A stretch of 63,035 bases of DNA, counting the filler, from Stramenopiles sp. TOSAG23-3 (Eukaryota): assembly GCA_900128585.1 (NCBI GenBank). It is 10 parts of 10 records of this genome, joined end to end, with 100 filler letters (N's around TTAATTAATTAA, not from the genome) between each part and the next. Parts side by side here need not be neighbours in the genome. Positions count along the whole stretch, not along the records: positions 7,582 to 15,058 come from LT643146.1; positions 15,159 to 22,635 come from LT643147.1; 8 more parts are not named here. The stretch is one strand, 5' to 3'. The notes under the pieces are model-generated. The model was not told the DNA's origin and did not search any database. It worked only from the letters and a program-made list of their open reading frames with translations. This document shows, piece after piece, positions 10,636-21,732 of the stretch. A program made the position numbers and the translations under genes. Position 1 is the stretch's first letter. Every line of letters starts with the position of its first letter.

Positions 10636-11938
10636 GCTAGAGGTGACCGGTAGCAGATTCCTACGTAACAAGGGGCGGGGAAACGTTTGTGCCCTGCAAC
10701 AACACACTTGACGTTTTGTTTACACTACTGGGCTAAAATCCTTTCTGTTTGTATAATCTGGTTAAATTGGGGGGGTTCGATTGATTTGATTATTTATCTA
10801 ATATTCCTTTTTTTATTCTGTAGACTACCTACATGACATTCATTTGGATTTAATTAAACACAAACATAATAAAAAAGTAATAATAAATAATAATAATAAA
10901 AAATAATTGACTCAATTAATTATTATTTTATATCTCAATAGCTATTATTAAAAACAACACAACAAGTTGAGGAGTGTTGTTAATATAAGTTGTTGTGTGA
11001 CATATTGTATTTATAATATATATTAGATTATATAACATATATAGGTAATTATATAATGTTGTGAGATGTTGGAGGTTGAAGGATTGATTGATTGAAGAAA
11101 AACCCTATAATAATGTATTAACAACTGCACATGGCATGGCATGCAGGTATTAAAATACAGTATGCAGGTATTACAGTAGTATGCAGGTTAAAGTGAAGTC
11201 AATTATTAATTATTATTTGAGATCTTTTTTTTTGGTTATTTTTTTATACGAGTCGGTTCTATTATTAAACTATTAGTTTCTCAAGAAAGGTGTACGTTGA
11301 TAAAATACAAGTCGTCTTCTTTATAGTTTTCATATACTTAACCCTTTCTCTGTGAGGTAATCTTCATGCAATATCAATACAATTATGTATGATTATATAG
11401 CATATACTTGAAATAAGAAGAACAACTACCGTATAACTTAAAAAACAAATTCCTAATCGTTACTTTCTTCTTTTCCCCTTTTGTGGCATTCAATCGTATT
11501 TGGTAGTCTGTAAAGCTATGGACTTGTAAATCGTTTCTTTGCTCTCCCCCCCCCCTTCCTTCCTGTTGTTTACTGTGTCCATGTTTCGGTTACTACTGTG
11601 GTACTACTCCAGCAGCCAAAACAGAGCTCAACAAACAATAACCGAAGAAGGAAAGAAGAAGAAGAAGAAGAGAGAGTGATCTATCGATGATTGATGCAAC
11701 CAACGCAACAACAACATTATTACTTTTTTATAGAACACAATTACTAGTGTACAAAAAGCACAACACGCAAAGCAGTCGTTTCTATCACTCTCCTACTTCG
11801 AAAGAGTATATAAGAAGAAAAGGCAAACGTATTTGTCCAGTTAAACCACAACAACATAACCACTTTTTGTAGAACTGTTGATTCTATATCAGTAAGTAAC
11901 ACGAAACGCAAAGTTAGAGCAGCACGTAACAATTCAAC

Positions 11939-12265
11939 ATGGCAGCGAACGCAGATATGAACGGTGCCGAGGCGGTAGGCGCAGTAAGAAATTTCCAGGC
12001 TGCAATCGAAAAGGAAAGGGACGCAGTCGGGCAATGGTGGCAGAACTGGGGGTTCCTTGCAAAAGACAAAGGGCCCAACCCCACACAGCTTCCAGAATAC
12101 ATAGCAGCATTGGAGAAGAAATACCAGGAGATGTCAGAGGGGCAGGCAGTGCCAGGCTTTAGTACTACGAACGACCTTCTTGGAGTTGGTGAACCGCTTG
12201 ACTTCGGCCCGGACAAAAAGGTCAAAAATTCCAAAGACTTGATGGCAACCAACCCTTACTATTGA
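11939..12265 (+). CDS. Ciliary microtubule inner protein, C20orf85/CIMIP1 (LLC1)-like
   Basis: NFQAAIEKERDAVGQWWQNWGFL matches the family motif W..R.K.E.EA.QNWPQNWGFL as I recall it. Confidence 0.6.
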   Translation: MAANADMNGAEAVGAVRNFQAAIEKERDAVGQWWQNWGFLAKDKGPNPTQLPEYIAALEKKYQEMSEGQAVPGFSTTNDLLGVGEPLDFGPDKKVKNSKDLMATNPYY

Positions 12266-12574
12266 GCAAAGACTAGACAATTGTCCTTCGCAGGTCTTGC
12301 GCAGGGAGCGAGCGCTGCCCTTGCACGCAAAACTGTACCGAACAGTGAGTGTGTTTGGAGCCCGCACGCCCGAGGGCGAAAGTGTGACCCCGCCGAGATG
12401 CGTGTGATGAAGTGTATATAATTTAGGGAAACTAACAGATCGAAGTGCCAAGGGCCGAGAAGAGTGAACCAGAGCGACGAATAAAATTTTATCAATATTT
12501 GCTATCTTTTTAAATATTTTGGTGCCGTATATTTTTACAAAGGATGTGATTATTTTTACTGAAATTCCCTGTCA

Positions 12575-14251
12575 CTAGAGTCCAAAGAAATCTTGCAATT
12601 CCTCCCTAATTTCTTGCGTGCTGCTGCTCCGCCTGGCAGTGCGCCGTGCGCTGCTTATCGATTGGCCTCGCAGGGCCCTTCTTCCGCCTGAGTCGTCGGT
12701 GCCCCCGGTAAGAGGTGAGCAGAGCCGCGCTTCACGGTATGGGACGCTCGCGGAACGACTTTCATTTTTTCTGGGGGACGAATGCAAGTAGGCGCCGCCT
12801 GGACTGTTTGGCGAGGCGTGGTAGGACGCGACGCTGGCGTCCACCGTCGCCTCTGCAGAGGACGCGGGCTTCAACGCCCGGTTCAGCGCGGCGCAGATCT
12901 CCTGGCGTCGATGGCTTTCAAAGTAGTCCACTTTTTGGTTGTAATATTTTATGTGAAATGTGATGTCTGTCGTGCCGTTTCCAAGGGACGAGGCGCGGCC
13001 AGCGCCTCGGGCCTCCGACGACACGGGCGCCTTCCCGCCAAAGTACGCCCCTTTGACGGAGGTCGCGGGGTGAATGCGCGTTACCCCCGCCCGCTCCACC
13101 AAAATCGTGATCTGGCCGGTGGTCAAGTTCTTCTTTATGGTTATTTTGGACGGGCGCTTTGGGAAAAAATCGCGAAGTTTGAATACATTGAAATCACGAA
13201 CTAGCGCGTCATAGCCTATAAAGGAGTCTTCGCTCTCTGCGTTTGCTTGCCAATCCTCCAACGACATCGACGGTGCTGGGCGGCCGGGCCCATCGCCCCC
13301 TTTCCCCGGGGAGGCGTCCCCGCCGTCGTCCCCCTGGCTCTCCTCGCCGTCGCCCCCCTGGCTCTCTTCGCCGTCGCCCCCCTCCTCGTCTGCCCCCGGC
13401 GCGCCGTCTTCTGATCCCTCGGCCGCGACCGTGTCCCCGGCCTGCTCGCGCGATTCCTTGACTTTCTCAATGAGAGCCTGGTGCTTTTCGCCTAATCTTT
13501 TCAGCTGCAGGGACACCTCGTAGCCCCGCCGACGCTCCCGGTTTGCCGCGGCGAACGCTTCCTCGCGTTGGCTCACAAGCTCGGCTCGTTCCTTTTCCAA
13601 CGCGGATTTTCCCCTTTTCAACGCCCCGACCTCCCCCTTTAAGTTTTCGTACTGTACTTTGCACTGCGCAGTAACATTTTCTTTCTCCTTCAAATTCGTC
13701 TCTAGCGTCTCAATTCGACCTCTGGCGTTTTCTACATTTCTCAAATTTTGCGTCTGCAGCTTGCTCAGCGCGGTCTCCAGCTCCTCGATCCTGGCGGCGG
13801 CGCTCTCCCTCAGCCGCTTCAACGCTATTATCTCCTTCTTCAACAGCTTATTTTCGCCTTCCACCGATTTCTTCGAACCGAAACTGCTGAATATCTTCTC
13901 TAGCTTTTGCTCGTTGCTCCGCATTTCTTGCTGCTCCTTTATCTGGGTGGACAGCTCTTCGCACTTCTTGAACAGGTCGACTTCCCGCTGCTCCTTCTCA
14001 CGCAGCCGGGACACGCAGTCCAGCAGCTGCTCGTTCAACTCGGCAACTTTTGTTTCGCTATCTATTCGAAGCCCGCGCTCCCTCACCAACCCTTTGCGAA
14101 ATACGGCAAGCTTCCGGACCAGCAGTGGCAACGGGTTGTTCTGCTCCGATGGCGTCAAAAATCCTGGAGAGTTTGGAACGGACATGGGACGGGCAGGGGG
14201 GCCCTCTCCCTCACTGCCGCTATCATCGCTGTCAAACCGAAACTGGTCCAT
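12575..14251 (-). CDS. Coiled-coil protein with a possible C-terminal PH-like domain
   Basis: Long coiled coil; acidic linker with a GGDGEESQ duplication; beta-rich segment (FNVFKL...KITIKK...FHIKYY...YFESHRRQEICAAL). First ATG at 14251. Confidence 0.7.
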   Translation of the reverse strand: MDQFRFDSDDSGSEGEGPPARPMSVPNSPGFLTPSEQNNPLPLLVRKLAVFRKGLVRERGLRIDSETKVAELNEQLLDCVSRLREKEQREVDLFKKCEELSTQIKEQQEMRSNEQKLEKIFSSFGSKKSVEGENKLLKKEIIALKRLRESAAARIEELETALSKLQTQNLRNVENARGRIETLETNLKEKENVTAQCKVQYENLKGEVGALKRGKSALEKERAELVSQREEAFAAANRERRRGYEVSLQLKRLGEKHQALIEKVKESREQAGDTVAAEGSEDGAPGADEEGGDGEESQGGDGEESQGDDGGDASPGKGGDGPGRPAPSMSLEDWQANAESEDSFIGYDALVRDFNVFKLRDFFPKRPSKITIKKNLTTGQITILVERAGVTRIHPATSVKGAYFGGKAPVSSEARGAGRASSLGNGTTDITFHIKYYNQKVDYFESHRRQEICAALNRALKPASSAEATVDASVASYHASPNSPGGAYLHSSPRKNESRSASVPYREARLCSPLTGGTDDSGGRRALRGQSISSARRTARRSSSTQEIREELQDFFGL

Positions 14252-14934
14252 GCAGAAATCACGCCTAGAGGGTACCAAGAGCTTTCCTTTAGGTGCGGCG
14301 TTTGGAGCGTCGTGGCGTTTCAAAGCGATTCTTTATGTTTCCTAGGGTGGAGGTTGCATTTAAATGCGTAGAGGGGATGATTCAATGGTTGATTTTTGCA
14401 TAGTATAATAGTAGTAGAAATATAGTTAACATCAACTTCAAGCTTTTATTTATCTTCTCCTCGGCGGAGGATGGAGGATGGAGGAAGAGAAGAGAAGAAG
14501 GGAGAGAAGAAGGAAAAAAAAAAGAAGAAAGAAGAAGAAAAATTATTATTATCAATAATAATGCTGTGATGGTGTAATTTTCGATATTATTTTTTTTTGT
14601 TGCGCACTTTTTTTTATTAAATCCTGATGATGATAAATAAATTAGATAGGCAATTATGAATGTATTAGACTATTTATAAATATATACAAGTATAAAAAGA
14701 GTGTTTTATTTTTTTAAACTGTAATAATTTTTTTGTGTAGTTAGTAAAAAAAAAAAAATAAATATGTTGTTGTTTGTTGTTGTGTTTGGATTTTTATATT
14801 ATTTCTTCCTTCTTCTTCTTCGAATTATTATTCGTGTTGTATTATTATTAATTATAAAAAAAAATAATATAATTTGCAACAAATTCAATACAATTCAATT
14901 CAAAATAATAAGGAAATTATTTATGGTTTTATAA

Positions 14935-15058
14935 TTAATTTTCTTTCTTCTTTTTTGCCTCTTTTCGCTTTTTCCGTCGATCCCGGCGTTCCTGGTGTTC
15001 TCGGTCAATGTCATCGAGTTGCTGGATCATTGCCCCCTTCATAATCAAAAACATAAGC
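14935..15058 (-). CDS. 3' end of a gene cut by the contig edge (basic tail)
   Basis: My translation: ...LMFLIMKGAMIQQLDDIDREHQERRDRRKKRKEAKKKKEN*, followed by AT-rich DNA. Confidence 0.5.
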
Positions 15059-15158
15059 NNNNNNNNNNNNNNNNNNNNNNNNNNNNNNNNNNNNNNNNNN
15101 NNTTAATTAATTAANNNNNNNNNNNNNNNNNNNNNNNNNNNNNNNNNNNNNNNNNNNN
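15059..15158. other. Artificial contig linker
   Basis: N44-TTAATTAATTAA-N44. Confidence 0.98.
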
Positions 15159-16186
15159 CACAAGCTAGGCATCGCGGAAGCGGAGGCGGCGATAGCACTG
15201 AAGGCGGTGGAGGGGAAGGTGGGACGCTGGAAGACGGGGTAGATTTGAACGGTGGGGGCGCAGGTCGGGCTAGCGACGGAATTGATGATGATGAGCGGGA
15301 AGAATTGTTGGCTCGGTGGGCCCACCGACGCAGCACTGACGTCAGCCGTTTTGTTGCAAACAATAATGCGTATGATTTGATTGATAAATTTCGCCCTTTG
15401 TTCAACGTCAACACCGCGGACGTCATTCGAAAACTTCTTTACTCCATCGTCCCTGACGTTCACAGTTCCCGCCGCCTAAACAGCGAGGACACTGGAGCCA
15501 ACAGAGCGGAACAGCCTCGGTATGCATTGACCCCTGATCTTTACGGACCGTTCGTACTGACACTCACCCTAGCGGCGATTCTGACCATGAGCGTGGAGGG
15601 CATCAAATTAGACGAAAACAACGTCGGGCAAAGCGGCAAATACTTTGAACAAACCATCTTGGGGACTGCCTTGTTTCTGTCCTTTCTTTGCTGGATTGGT
15701 TTCACGTGCGTTTTGAAAATCGGGTTCCTCGTGTCCATAAAGGAGAGGTCTCAGCGCGCAGCATCTTCTTGGGCCATGTGCGCATTTGTCTCCGGGTATG
15801 GGTTATTTAGCCACTGCCTTGCAATGGGAGCCAACTTGTTGATGGGGTTCCTTTTTTACCCAGTCTGGATCCTTTGCGTCGGGGCCAGCAGCATTTCTAT
15901 GGCGCAGCAGCTGTCGCATCGAATCACTGCACTTACGAATAGAAGTAACGGACGACAAAATGAGCCAAAAGACTGGTTTATCGCATCAGCCGCGTTGCTG
16001 CACTTCTTTATGTGTTTGTACGTAAGAAACAAAGTGCTTGGGTTTAGTGCCGCCGTGCTGAACGTCGTCAACAAAATTGATGGTAGCAAGGGGGGATCTC
16101 ATGGATCTCGGTTCGGCAATCTAGACATTGCGACGGATGACCATGGCAATGTTGAAATTCGGCCGCATGGGAGTCCGATGAGATAA
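15159..16186 (+). CDS. Yip1-domain Golgi membrane protein (YIPF3-like), 5'-partial
   Basis: FRPLFNVNTADV, PDLYGPFVLTLTLAAIL and EQTILGTALFLSFLCWIG; five TM segments; frame open from the contig start. Confidence 0.8.
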
Positions 16187-16385
16187 CAATCTGTGTCACA
16201 ATTGCCAATGGTGTATTACAGACCTGAGATGGAACGGATTGAATGGCATTTAAATTATAAAAAGCTAAAAGCAAGGGGGATATCATATAAACTTAAATAG
16301 AGAGTTATAATAGTTTGTTCTGTGTTTTGGGATTTTACTACTTTCGTTGCTGTTGATTAATGAGATGCATTCTTTTTACTTTTTT

Positions 16386-18482
16386 TTAATTTATTACTTT
16401 ATACCGTCGCAAAATTAAGAAAGCGACAGCAACAAGACCCGATCGAAACAGATTGACAAGCGCCCAGCCTGCTGGAATGTAAAACATTCGAATTGGCTGT
16501 CTCTCCCAATTCAACCGGAGCTGGTTGGCCCCTGCTTCTATGGACGTAGTCGCACTTTCGACAATAGAATGATGTTTCATGTTGGTACCTTTAGCCAACT
16601 GTTCCGTCAGCATCATTCGTTGCCTGTGCAACGATTGGACCACGCGGCCCGACTGGTAGTTTGCCAAATACCCTTGGTGAATCATCTCCGATATTCCCAG
16701 CCCAGTTCCGACAAAGAGAACCACGGCGGCGGCTATGATAGCTTCGTCCTGTTCTTTGGCCTTGCGCTCTTCGGAGACATCGGCAACCATCAGCGCTATA
16801 ATTACAACAAATGCCATACCCAACATGCCGGTAAATAATTGTGCACGATAATGAACCTCCAGCCCGATCTTCTTAATTATTTTCCGCCCATTAACAAAAC
16901 TGTAAACGTTGATAGGGGAATCAAGCAGTAGCACGGGGGCAGTCTGCTTCGCACGAATGCCCTGCTTAGTGCCCTGCCCGTCCCCACCCCTTCTGGTTTC
17001 CGGCACGTAGGTGTACCGGGGTTTAAGGAGGGCGTCGAACGCTTTCAACGACTTTGCTCGCCGCCGGTAGTCCATCACGGCCCCGACCAGCCAGAAATAC
17101 AATAGTTGGGCATAGAAGTAAATAAGAATAGTCGCAATGATCGTACAGAACATGGTCATCCCCTGCCAGGTGGGATCCTGGCCCGAACTGTACATGATCT
17201 GATTGTAGATGGGCTGATTTTGAAAATTTCCGTCGATGTAATCGCGGCAGGTCCATTGGAACCCTATCGACGAGTTGGCAGCATTGGCAAAAGCAGCCTT
17301 TGCAAGTTGAATGGCTTTCTCTTGCGAGAAACCTAATTTGCTGTTGAGGAGGACGACTATCCAGGGCACAGAAGCCTGAAGAAGCCCCATCACAATCGTT
17401 CCAGCAACGTACCAGGCAGTTTTCACTTTAATGTCCCTTCCGATGGCTTGAAGAACTACTTCGCGCCCTTCTATGCAGAGTTCGCACTGTAACGTTCCCT
17501 TCTGCATATAGCCTGATTGAGCTATCGTCACCACAGTAAAATGGGCTTTAAAGTCGCGGAAATCGGAAAACGAACGATCGGTACGTCTCCGCAACGCATC
17601 GTACAAATCATCCATCTTCGCACGGATCTTCGGCGGGAGGGCGCTGATGGAAATGTCACGCAACGGGTACCGTGCGCGATTTTTCCCGCGCTCCGTGTCT
17701 TTTTCAAACGTGGGAAATGTGGACAAAAACTTCTCCGTTGATTCTGAGACACTCAGCCAGAAGTTAAACCCATCGTACTTAGATCCCACCGCGACATTCT
17801 GGTTGGGTGCGTCGATCCCCTCGCGTAAGAGTGCGATTTGCAGCTCCTTCCGCAAATCGTTCGGGCTTTTGGGAAATGCCCACCACAGCAGATGCCACGT
17901 CACCCACATCTGCCCCACTTCTGAAAATGGCCGGGTCTTCAGCATCGCGTACTCATGGTCGGGCGCAAGCCCATACTTTATACTGATCACGACAAGGCGA
18001 ACGAAATGGTAGGTGACTGCCACCATGATGTTAGCTTTAACTATCGCGGCGCACGGAAGCTCTCCCATATTTATATAGAGGGCAATGACAAGCACGGTGA
18101 GAACGAGGCTGAGGGGCTGAAGAATCAATTGCCACAGCATTACGTTGAAACCAACCCCTTTGAATTTCTTCAGGCATTTCCCGTTAGGGTCGAAGCAGAG
18201 CAGAAATCGCATGGCATATGCAATGGACCACCCTTCCACGAATACAACAGCTGGAATTGAGAAGGGATAGAAAAAGTGGTACGTAAACATTTTCGTGCAC
18301 CGCGAGCAGTTCCACGAGACTTGCAGGGACTCTTTCACGTCGTCCGAAATTTCCAATTCGTGATCGTGCCTACCATTCGCCGGGGAAGAGCGCTTCTGGT
18401 TCACCACCTTACTAAAGATAGCGTCTTCGTGGTCTACATCGTGTTCGTGTGCGTCGCGTACGGAGGGTACCCTTTCGACCAT
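16386..18482 (-). CDS. Multi-pass membrane protein, PHTF/7-transmembrane ion channel (7TMIC)-like
   Basis: About 7-8 hydrophobic segments with a large loop after TM2. DYRRR...PVLLLDSPINVYSFVNGRKIIKKIG and C-terminal PIRMFYIPAGWALVNLFRSGLVAV resemble PHTF motifs as recalled. Confidence 0.55.
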   Translation of the reverse strand: MVERVPSVRDAHEHDVDHEDAIFSKVVNQKRSSPANGRHDHELEISDDVKESLQVSWNCSRCTKMFTYHFFYPFSIPAVVFVEGWSIAYAMRFLLCFDPNGKCLKKFKGVGFNVMLWQLILQPLSLVLTVLVIALYINMGELPCAAIVKANIMVAVTYHFVRLVVISIKYGLAPDHEYAMLKTRPFSEVGQMWVTWHLLWWAFPKSPNDLRKELQIALLREGIDAPNQNVAVGSKYDGFNFWLSVSESTEKFLSTFPTFEKDTERGKNRARYPLRDISISALPPKIRAKMDDLYDALRRRTDRSFSDFRDFKAHFTVVTIAQSGYMQKGTLQCELCIEGREVVLQAIGRDIKVKTAWYVAGTIVMGLLQASVPWIVVLLNSKLGFSQEKAIQLAKAAFANAANSSIGFQWTCRDYIDGNFQNQPIYNQIMYSSGQDPTWQGMTMFCTIIATILIYFYAQLLYFWLVGAVMDYRRRAKSLKAFDALLKPRYTYVPETRRGGDGQGTKQGIRAKQTAPVLLLDSPINVYSFVNGRKIIKKIGLEVHYRAQLFTGMLGMAFVVIIALMVADVSEERKAKEQDEAIIAAAVVLFVGTGLGISEMIHQGYLANYQSGRVVQSLHRQRMMLTEQLAKGTNMKHHSIVESATTSIEAGANQLRLNWERQPIRMFYIPAGWALVNLFRSGLVAVAFLILRRYKVIN

Positions 18483-19004
18483 TGCGCGCCAGTCCCTCGA
18501 GTCGTGCCGCCGACGAAGTGTGCGCTATATATTCTACAACGAGCAAGTCTCCTAGAAAGAGAAAGAGACGCCAGACAAGGAAGAGGTAAACAAATAAATC
18601 TAACGTCAGTACCGATAGAAAATCCTTCCGCTCATATTCGTTCAACAACTTCTTCCTTCCTTCTTTTGATTTCGTTACTTTCTCATTTTTTCTTTTCGAA
18701 CCAAGAACCAAGAAGAACCAAAAAAAAATAAAAAAATAATAATAAAAAATAGAATGAAGAAGAATAAAAGAAGCAAGATAAGGAACTACTACAAAGAGGT
18801 ACTAATAATAAAAAGAAGTGATAATGTAATAAAATATACCACCTCTTTCTATATATATACACAGCATAGAATATATAATCATATAGCCACATTCATATAT
18901 TTTCGTTCCTGATGAAGAAGATAGAAGAAGAATGAGAAGAAGAATATGAAGAAGATGAAGAAGAATTAATCATCATATTATTTTTTTTTCGGTGGTGGCG
19001 TTCT

Positions 19005-19190
19005 TGCGTTCTTCTTCTGGCCTTCTGCCTTCTCTGCTTCTTCTCTTCTGCCTTCTTCTCTTCTGGCTTCTCTCTTCTTTTTTGCTTCTTCTTTTTTGCT
19101 TCTTCTTTTTGCTTCTTTTTTGCTTCTTTTTGTATTTTGTATTTTGGATATCTTCTTCTCTTCTTTTTTCTTCTTCTCTTCTTCTTCATT
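19005..19190. repeat. Pyrimidine-rich (CTT/TTC) low-complexity tract
   Basis: Directly visible. Confidence 0.8.
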
Positions 19191-19409
19191 TTTATATTAT
19201 AACTAAATAGGTAATAATATAATACATACTAATAATATGGTCTCTTATAGAGATACTTGAAAATAGCGTTTACAGTGGATTCATTATGATATAATAGTAG
19301 TGTAGAGTATTTACAAGTATAGTTAATAGTGTAGATTAGATAGGGTAAAATAGTCATACATTAAGAAAACATTATACAACAGGGGACAGTGGGGAGGGAA
19401 GAATATTAG

Positions 19410-19560
19410 TAAAGAAAAAAAAGAAGAATTCAAAAAAAAAAAAGAAAGAAAGAAAGAAAGAAAGAAGAAAAAAAAAAAAGAAAAAGAAGAAAGAAGAAGA
19501 AGACGAAGAAAGAAGAAGAAAGAAGACGAAGATAGAAGAAGAAGAGAAGAAGAAAAAAAA
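19410..19560. repeat. Purine-rich (GAA/GAAA) microsatellite tract
   Basis: Directly visible. Confidence 0.85.
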
Positions 19561-19723
19561 ATAATAATTTATCTAATATACGTTTTATAAGAATCATCGA
19601 TATAATTCGTTGCAAAACCAATATTTAGATATAAATATGAACGTAACATTTACAAAAAATAGATACGACACTTATAGCCGTTCATCAGTTTGTCCTGTCT
19701 CTCTCTGCCTTCACTCTTCGGCC

Positions 19724-21439
19724 ATGTTTTTCGGCGGCTTGCAGTTGAAAAGGCCGACTGGCAAGCGGGGTGGGGCGGGGGCGTCCCCGAAGAGGAAGCA
19801 ATCGAAAGAGAAGAAACGGAAGCACAAGGTTAAGGGTAAGGGTAAGGTTACGGCCATCGCCAATGAAGAGGGAAAGGGGGCGGGGGATTTTTGGTCGGCA
19901 CTAGAGTCGAAAGGCGGGGTCATGTCCCCGTACTCGATGCTCAAACAGCAAGGGCGTTTGAAGAAACAGGAAACGGTCCTTCGGCCCGTTCACTCACAAC
20001 ACCGGCAGGCCGCCCCACCGTCCAAACCGACGACGGCAGTGGCCGACACGCAAGGGGAAAACTTTTTTGATAGCCTGCGGCGACGCTTATCGCCTCGCGC
20101 GGGGAAGAAACACGGTGGCGCGGCCGAGGAAGAGCCCGCCCGACCAACCACACCCCCCGGTGCAACCCAACTTTCGCCGTACTCGATGTTAAAACGGTCG
20201 GGGCAAGTTCGCGACGCCGGCATGCCAGCCGAAGCGTTGGCCCATGGGTTCCGGTTGGGAAAACTAAGCCCAGAGATGGAAAAAAAGCTGAAGCCGTCGT
20301 TGGTGGAGACGACCGACTCCGCCATGTCGCCGAAAATGGATCCGGGGGAGATAATGGACGCCATTAACAGCGAACTAGAGCAGCGCCTGGGCAAGGGCGA
20401 AGAAAGCAAGCCTCGGACGGACCTACCAAAGGCCACCGGCGCCGCGGCCGAGGCGCAGGCGAAAGCACCATCGGCCGCCGCGGTGCTGCGCTCCAACCCG
20501 CCCCCCAAAATCATCTTGGCGAAGGACCCCTACGCCAACATCAAATCGCTAAGGGCCGAGCAAACGGTTGTTGAGCCTGTACATATAAAACCAAAAAGCA
20601 TGGAAGAAATAGAAGCAGAATGCAAGGCCTTGATAGATTTTGAAAACATGGACGATGAGACGTTGGAAGAAAAGCTGATACGGGCGACGGCAATAGTTAA
20701 TAGGATCACGCAGCAACGCGAAAAGTCGATCGAAAAGTTCAAACAAATTCAGAAGGAACGGAAGAAAATGGAAGCTGACTTTGCCGAACAGGTCGGGAGT
20801 GACCAGGCAATGGTGGCGGAGGCGAAGCAGATGACATTTCGGGTTCAGCGAGCCGCGTTTAAAGTCCAGGAACTGATTAAACAGCAGAAGGAGATAAAAG
20901 CCAAAATGGACGCTTTGCGGGCGGAAAACGCCAAGCTTCGCAAAAGAGCGAAGGATGCGGGGGCAAGAAGGGACGAAGAAAAAAACCAACAGAAAGAAAT
21001 GGAGTTGCAAAAGACTCAGCGCGTCGCTATGCAAACCGAACAAATGATGAAGAGTATGGATATTGATTTCCAGGACTCTAGCCGGGACGAGCTCATAGGG
21101 TACATTAAGCATATCCACGGGGTGTACAAGCAGGCCAAGGAGGACGCCGCAAGGACGAACGGGGCCCTGCGGCGCGCTCGTGAATCGTGCGAACGGTTTA
21201 TGGACACGAAAATAACTGAACTCCTTTCAAACCCGGAGACTACCCAGGACGCGGGGCAGAAGATTCTACTGGCGGTCCGGCAGAGACTGAAGGACGTAGA
21301 GGACGATTCGCGAGAACTCGGCAAAGTGCTAAAAGAACGTTTGCGTCGCTCCGAAGCCGAGGCATGCGAGCACTACGTTAGTTTCCGAGCCATGGTAAGG
21401 AAAGTCCACGAGTTCAAAGCGCGCACAGCTCGTAAATAA
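19724..21439 (+). CDS. Coiled-coil hypothetical protein
   Basis: Basic NLS-like N-terminus (PKRKQSKEKKRKHK), duplicated SPYSMLK motif, long C-terminal coiled coil. Likely ATG at 19724. Confidence 0.7.
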   Translation: MFFGGLQLKRPTGKRGGAGASPKRKQSKEKKRKHKVKGKGKVTAIANEEGKGAGDFWSALESKGGVMSPYSMLKQQGRLKKQETVLRPVHSQHRQAAPPSKPTTAVADTQGENFFDSLRRRLSPRAGKKHGGAAEEEPARPTTPPGATQLSPYSMLKRSGQVRDAGMPAEALAHGFRLGKLSPEMEKKLKPSLVETTDSAMSPKMDPGEIMDAINSELEQRLGKGEESKPRTDLPKATGAAAEAQAKAPSAAAVLRSNPPPKIILAKDPYANIKSLRAEQTVVEPVHIKPKSMEEIEAECKALIDFENMDDETLEEKLIRATAIVNRITQQREKSIEKFKQIQKERKKMEADFAEQVGSDQAMVAEAKQMTFRVQRAAFKVQELIKQQKEIKAKMDALRAENAKLRKRAKDAGARRDEEKNQQKEMELQKTQRVAMQTEQMMKSMDIDFQDSSRDELIGYIKHIHGVYKQAKEDAARTNGALRRARESCERFMDTKITELLSNPETTQDAGQKILLAVRQRLKDVEDDSRELGKVLKERLRRSEAEACEHYVSFRAMVRKVHEFKARTARK

Positions 21440-21732
21440 AGTTTGAGACTTGAGAGTGGCACAAAATTTAAGAGCAAACTTAGATGCTGCTGATTAGTAT
21501 TCATGAGTGTGCATTCATGAATTAAGCCAGTGATTAAAATAAAGAAACTATCATACCTCTCTTGATAATTTGTTTTTTCATACCTCTTGAGTAATACTGC
21601 TTTAAGACTCTCACTTTATGTCAGTCATTGATTCATATGATATCTCTCAGTTTCTCTTCTTGTGCGATTTAAGCAATGGCACGAGTAAAGTGAGTGGGTC
21701 TTACGATGCTTACCCCTCTTGCGTAGCTTTTA

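Noticed and set aside
18683-19621. Short K-rich or F-rich ORFs
   Set aside because: Low-complexity intergenic tracts with no coding signal.
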